From Chara braunii (Eukaryota > Plantae > Charophyceae): a stretch of DNA of 51,804 bases. Position 1 is the stretch's first letter. Each line of letters opens with the position of its first letter. The translations under genes and the position numbers were made by a program. Shown piece after piece: positions 47,469-51,804 of the stretch. Below the pieces are notes generated by a model that worked only from the letters and a program-made list of their open reading frames with translations, was not told the origin of the DNA and ran no database searches. Location of the stretch: positions 2,631,420 to 2,683,223 of the forward strand of contig BFEA01000006.1 of NCBI GenBank assembly GCA_003427395.1. Direction: 5' to 3'.

Positions 47469-49943
47469 GTGACTTATCCCTTCCAAAAATACCCTCTCAA
47501 TGCAAACACAGACACAGCTACAACAAAAGATATCCCTCCTAAAAGATTGAACTATGCACGCCCCTACCCAGCATGCTCGAACACTGCATCCGGGCAAACA
47601 AAATGCACTTGTAAATCACCGTCTGCAAAGTCTTTCGTATTCTTGTTCTACTAGAAAAATTTAAGCAAAAGACAGCAATCATATAACAACAAAAACATAC
47701 AAAAAAACGATCTTCAACCAAAACACAAGCATGCCTCTTACCCATCAGGCCGGCCCTCGCCACGCCCATTTGACCTGCTTCTTGCCCTGATAATAAACCC
47801 ACTACTAGAACCCGTATTTGTTGCACACATGCCGCATGCTAGAACCATAACTCAGACGACTGTCAAATATGCAGGAACAACGACTACAAACAATGGAGGA
47901 TGAAAGACGTGGTTGGAGATCTAAAAAGGAAGTAAACAAACATGCCATCTCTTGCCACTATGTTAACAGATTGATGGACCGATATAAATTCAAAAATATA
48001 TTCCAAAACATACTACTAAAACACAACCCAAAAGTCTTACCCACTCTAGAAAAATTCACATTTTATTGGACCTATAATGATCACATTGTTAAAACTCTAT
48101 ACAAACCTGCAGCGGTCTTTGGAGACTTCACCCTGGCAACTTGGATAGAGGAAATTACAGGAAAAATGTTATTGCCAACAACCACGATATAATGAATTCT
48201 CCAATAAGCTCGCTGCTGACCTGCTACCTGAGCAGGAATCGCCGCATGTCATAACATTGAATCTTAATATAACTAATAACACCGAACTACGAAACATAAT
48301 GAAAAAAATACTTAACAATATTCCAATTTCTATACCAAATCCAAACGACATACTAACAGCAACAAACGATGTATCGACGCAATTCACTCTTTCCCTCGAA
48401 AAACACGAAATACCACTCAACAGTGAACAAGAAGAAAATACAAAAAAAGACTTTGACAAAATAATTAAAAAAAACATCGAAAATGTAACAACACACAAAG
48501 TAGTAAACGTACATGATCATGCAATTAAACATGAAATCAACTTCTTGACGAAACACTTCTACAGATCTGGTGCTGACAAAGCCCCTAACACCCCGGTAAT
48601 CTCCTTCATCAATCTTGTGAGATTCCTTGCACTCCAGAGATTAACCAGCCCAGACTTTAAACCACATACAATAACTGCCACTGAACTGCTGGACCAAATG
48701 AAATACCAATTAAAAACAAAATTCTCAGACATCCCAATCGGAAAAATGGAACTCCCCTACTTATTCGCCACATACAAAAAACACAAGAACTCGTTCTGTT
48801 GGCTGACTAATGTTGATGACGTCATCTCCACATCAATGGCAGATCTAGCGGCATCAGTGCTTGGCGCCCTAATTTGGATGGTCAAGACACATTGCGGAAT
48901 CACCACACTGCAAACGTTTGCAGGAACAGGACTCAAAGTCCCCTACTGGTGACCTATAGACTCGACACCATACTACACATACAACCTGCTGAATACCGCC
49001 AGCTCGGTATTCTCCGCAGATATCACACGTTGCTACGAAACAAAACCTATTGACGATTGCTGAGATGGTCTACCAGCGGTTATTCAATTATTCTGCAAGC
49101 TGGCATTCAAACAGGCTAGGAAAACTTATGGGAGAAATGTTGAACTCACATGCAGAATTTAAAACTACAAAGGAACCTAGCATCAATTTGCGAATGGTAT
49201 ACAAACCCATCCCACGACTATCTAACTATCAACGAGAACATCGTTAAAGAAATCAACAATTGGCTGATTAAAAACGCTTACACATCCCTCGGATGCAACA
49301 TCTGGAGACATGTACTCGACATACCTATGGGTGTTAGTTGCTCACCTGTATGGTGCAACATCTATTTCTTCAAATATGAATACAGGTTTATGAAAAAATT
49401 AACACACAAAAATAACAGACAGTTATTGCCCTCTTTCAGCATGTCTTCCGCTACTTCAATGATTTCCACATACTAAACAACCCCAGAATCTACGAATTTC
49501 TAAGCCCGGAAGTAACCAGCCCACGTAGTCGATACTTCATATACCCCCTACATCTCATAACTCTAAACGAGCAAACCACACAAAAAACGCAAATAAACGA
49601 CAACAACATCAGAACACAAACAAACTTCATGAACATCACCATAACTATCACGAACCCACAAGTTGGACAATACACAATAAGCAAATATAACAAGAAAAGG
49701 GAACTTGACTTCCCCATCACACGATTCATCCAAGCCAACTCAAACAAACCACTCCAGCAGTCGCTCAACTTCCTAATACCACAAATCATCACAATCATGA
49801 CGATCGAAATAGAAGACGATAACGCTGTAGAAGAAATCATACTAACGATACACTCACTCCAAAATAATGACTTCAAAATACATAGACTGGTTAGCATCAC
49901 AAAAAAGGTACTAAATAACCCCATGAACTACCAACCATTTTGA
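47469..49943 (+). pseudogene. Penelope-like element ORF (Naiad/Chlamys-type reverse transcriptase, possible N-terminal GIY-YIG remnant)
   Basis: Motifs CYC..PHVITLNLNITNNTELR, ADKAPN, LPYLFATYKKHK, SADITRCYE (~49013), IPMGVSCSPVWCNIYF, FRYFND (49446; YxDD decayed) and TNFMNITI. No C-terminal endonuclease is visible. Confidence 0.85.
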
Positions 49944-50254
49944 TGCAACCCAGAAAACGTACTACGGCATCTATTATTGAAGATGCAGAACCAGAAACAC
50001 ACACTAGAAACAATACCTACTTACAATACCAGCTCTTCAAAAAAATAAAAAATAAAAACAATAATAAGCTAATACCCCTGTGTGCGTGTGAGCCAACAAA
50101 ACTGGTTTGGTTCGGATGGAGGACCTATCCCAGATGGGGTAGGTCCACCATCTATGGACCTACCCCACTGGACCCTCCATTACGAGGGAACGGGGAGGGA
50201 CACACACACACACACGCACACACACACACACATTCTTCTTATTATATTTCTCTC

Positions 50255-50286
<32 letters not shown>

Positions 50287-50977
50287 AAGTATAATATATT
50301 TTATATTAAAAAAAAACTTAAGAAAACAAAATAAAATTATATATATATATATATACACAACCTCCCCAGCAAAGGAAAAAAACCTTAAAAAACTTGAAAA
50401 TATGAACATGGACAATGTCTCTTTAAACATAATTATAATACATCCCTAAATGATTAATAATATAAATTAAAATAAATATAAATACTTATGATTAATAAAT
50501 ATAATACTTAAGAATATATAAATGAAAAACACCTATATCTATAAATGGATAAATGTTCTACTTAGCTCCATAGAAAATCCCTGAAGTAATATCGTGGCCC
50601 CCTGTCTTCCTTCGCCTGATACAACTAATCGCTACACAAATCCCCTCTGCGTAGACACAACACCTGCCCCCAAACCTATACAATACAGATAGTTAAGATC
50701 GCACACCTACATACCACACGAGCCACTACTCGCAGAACCGTTATGGTAGCACTTGACCGCATGCGAAAATGCACACAAAATCAGAAATATTTAAGCACAT
50801 ACGTAATAAACCACCCAAAATAAACTTTAGAAGAAAAAAAAAACACGTTTTCCCGGAAACACACTACGTATGACGGTCGAAACGATGCCAACTAAAAACA
50901 CCACTCCGAAACGACACTGCGGACACACTAAAAAATAAACAGACGTACATGACACACACAGTTGACACACACGACGT

Positions 50978-51804
50978 TGTCGGGACAGAAACCCTTACAA
51001 GGGTATCTGCCCTGTATTTTCGATGTCGGACGAAGTCTGAATTTTGAAGTAAGTCTGTGGAAATTGGTTTGACGAAATAAACATGCTATTGGAATATTCC
51101 GACTTGTTCGCGATTTCTGACAAGACCACAGGGATGCGCGGTCATGTAAAGACTCAAGCTAGATCTATTCTACCTAAAATAATGTCGCGTGGCTGCTAAG
51201 CTGCGTGATTCAGGACCTCGGTAGGGTGGAAAGAGGTGGTCGCGCCTGTTATGTGACCACGGCACGAGAGAAAGTGAAAGATTTTTTTTATTTTTATTTT
51301 TTAGTCACGGGGTTGTCACATGCGCGACAAGGACTTGTGGGTTAGGCCACAAGTTGCTGGGGTAGGGCACCCGCCGGCTCGACGGCGACATGATTAGAGG
51401 CGAGGCAGGCCGAGCCTGCCTTAGCTATAGCAGGCGGCCTACTGGGCCTCAACCCTTCAAATAGAAGGGCGGCGGGAATAGCTCCTGTGATAGGAGCTAG
51501 CCCAGTAGGTACCGCGTTGAACTTCCACCGAGTTGATGCTGGGATCGAGCCCGGCGATACATGGCCTGGGCTAGCTCCTTTTTGGAGCAGCCGCCAATAA
51601 ACACGAAGCGCGGTCATTTTCGGCAGCGAGATCATCAGATCTCACGGCTGAAAACAGTCGCGCGACTGTAACATAGCCCCTGCGCAAGGAAGACACACAC
51701 AAAACGAGAAAATGGTCCAGTTTCCCCAACGGGAATCGAACTGGGGATCCGCATCCGGGAAAGGAAAAGGGGGAGGAGCCACTAGGTGTGGCACTACTTT
51801 CTTT
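50978..51804 (+). mobile_element. Start of another LTR related to the 14905 LTR (5' or solo LTR, runs out of window)
   Basis: Begins TGTCGGGACAGAAACCCTTACAAGGGTATC and shares the TAGCTCCT..AGGAGCTAGCCCAGTAGGTAC block at ~51479. No purine tract precedes it. Confidence 0.8.

Overview
Eukaryotic, repeat-dense window with two assembly gaps (16339-17107, 32688-33002) and no recognisable host gene. Its tRNA-Asp-type PBS, element types and (ATT)n/(AG)n microsatellites suggest a large green-plant or charophyte-algal genome (inference). (1) A decayed, unusually complex Ty3/gypsy LTR retrotransposon: 5' LTR end at 592, PBS-Asp, three accessory ORFs upstream of gag, gag-PR-RT-RH-INT at 4224-10856, a second gag-like ORF downstream of integrase, and a 3' LTR starting at 14905 that probably ends at 28138 after nested insertions. 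(2) That LTR end interrupts the integrase of a second gypsy element (28139-28996). (3) A related LTR (~33250-38388) hosts a ~650-bp partial-tandem insertion carrying two intact type III hammerhead ribozymes (retrozyme-like, 423-nt unit). (4) A 4.1-kb ~80-bp satellite with a higher-order repeat is followed by an unknown ~875-codon ORF and a decayed Penelope-like (Naiad/Chlamys-type) reverse transcriptase. (5) Another LTR starts at 50978. Most notable: the hammerhead element, arrays of conserved-loop hairpins with covarying stems inside two LTR families, and the splice-acceptor-led accessory genes of the gypsy element.
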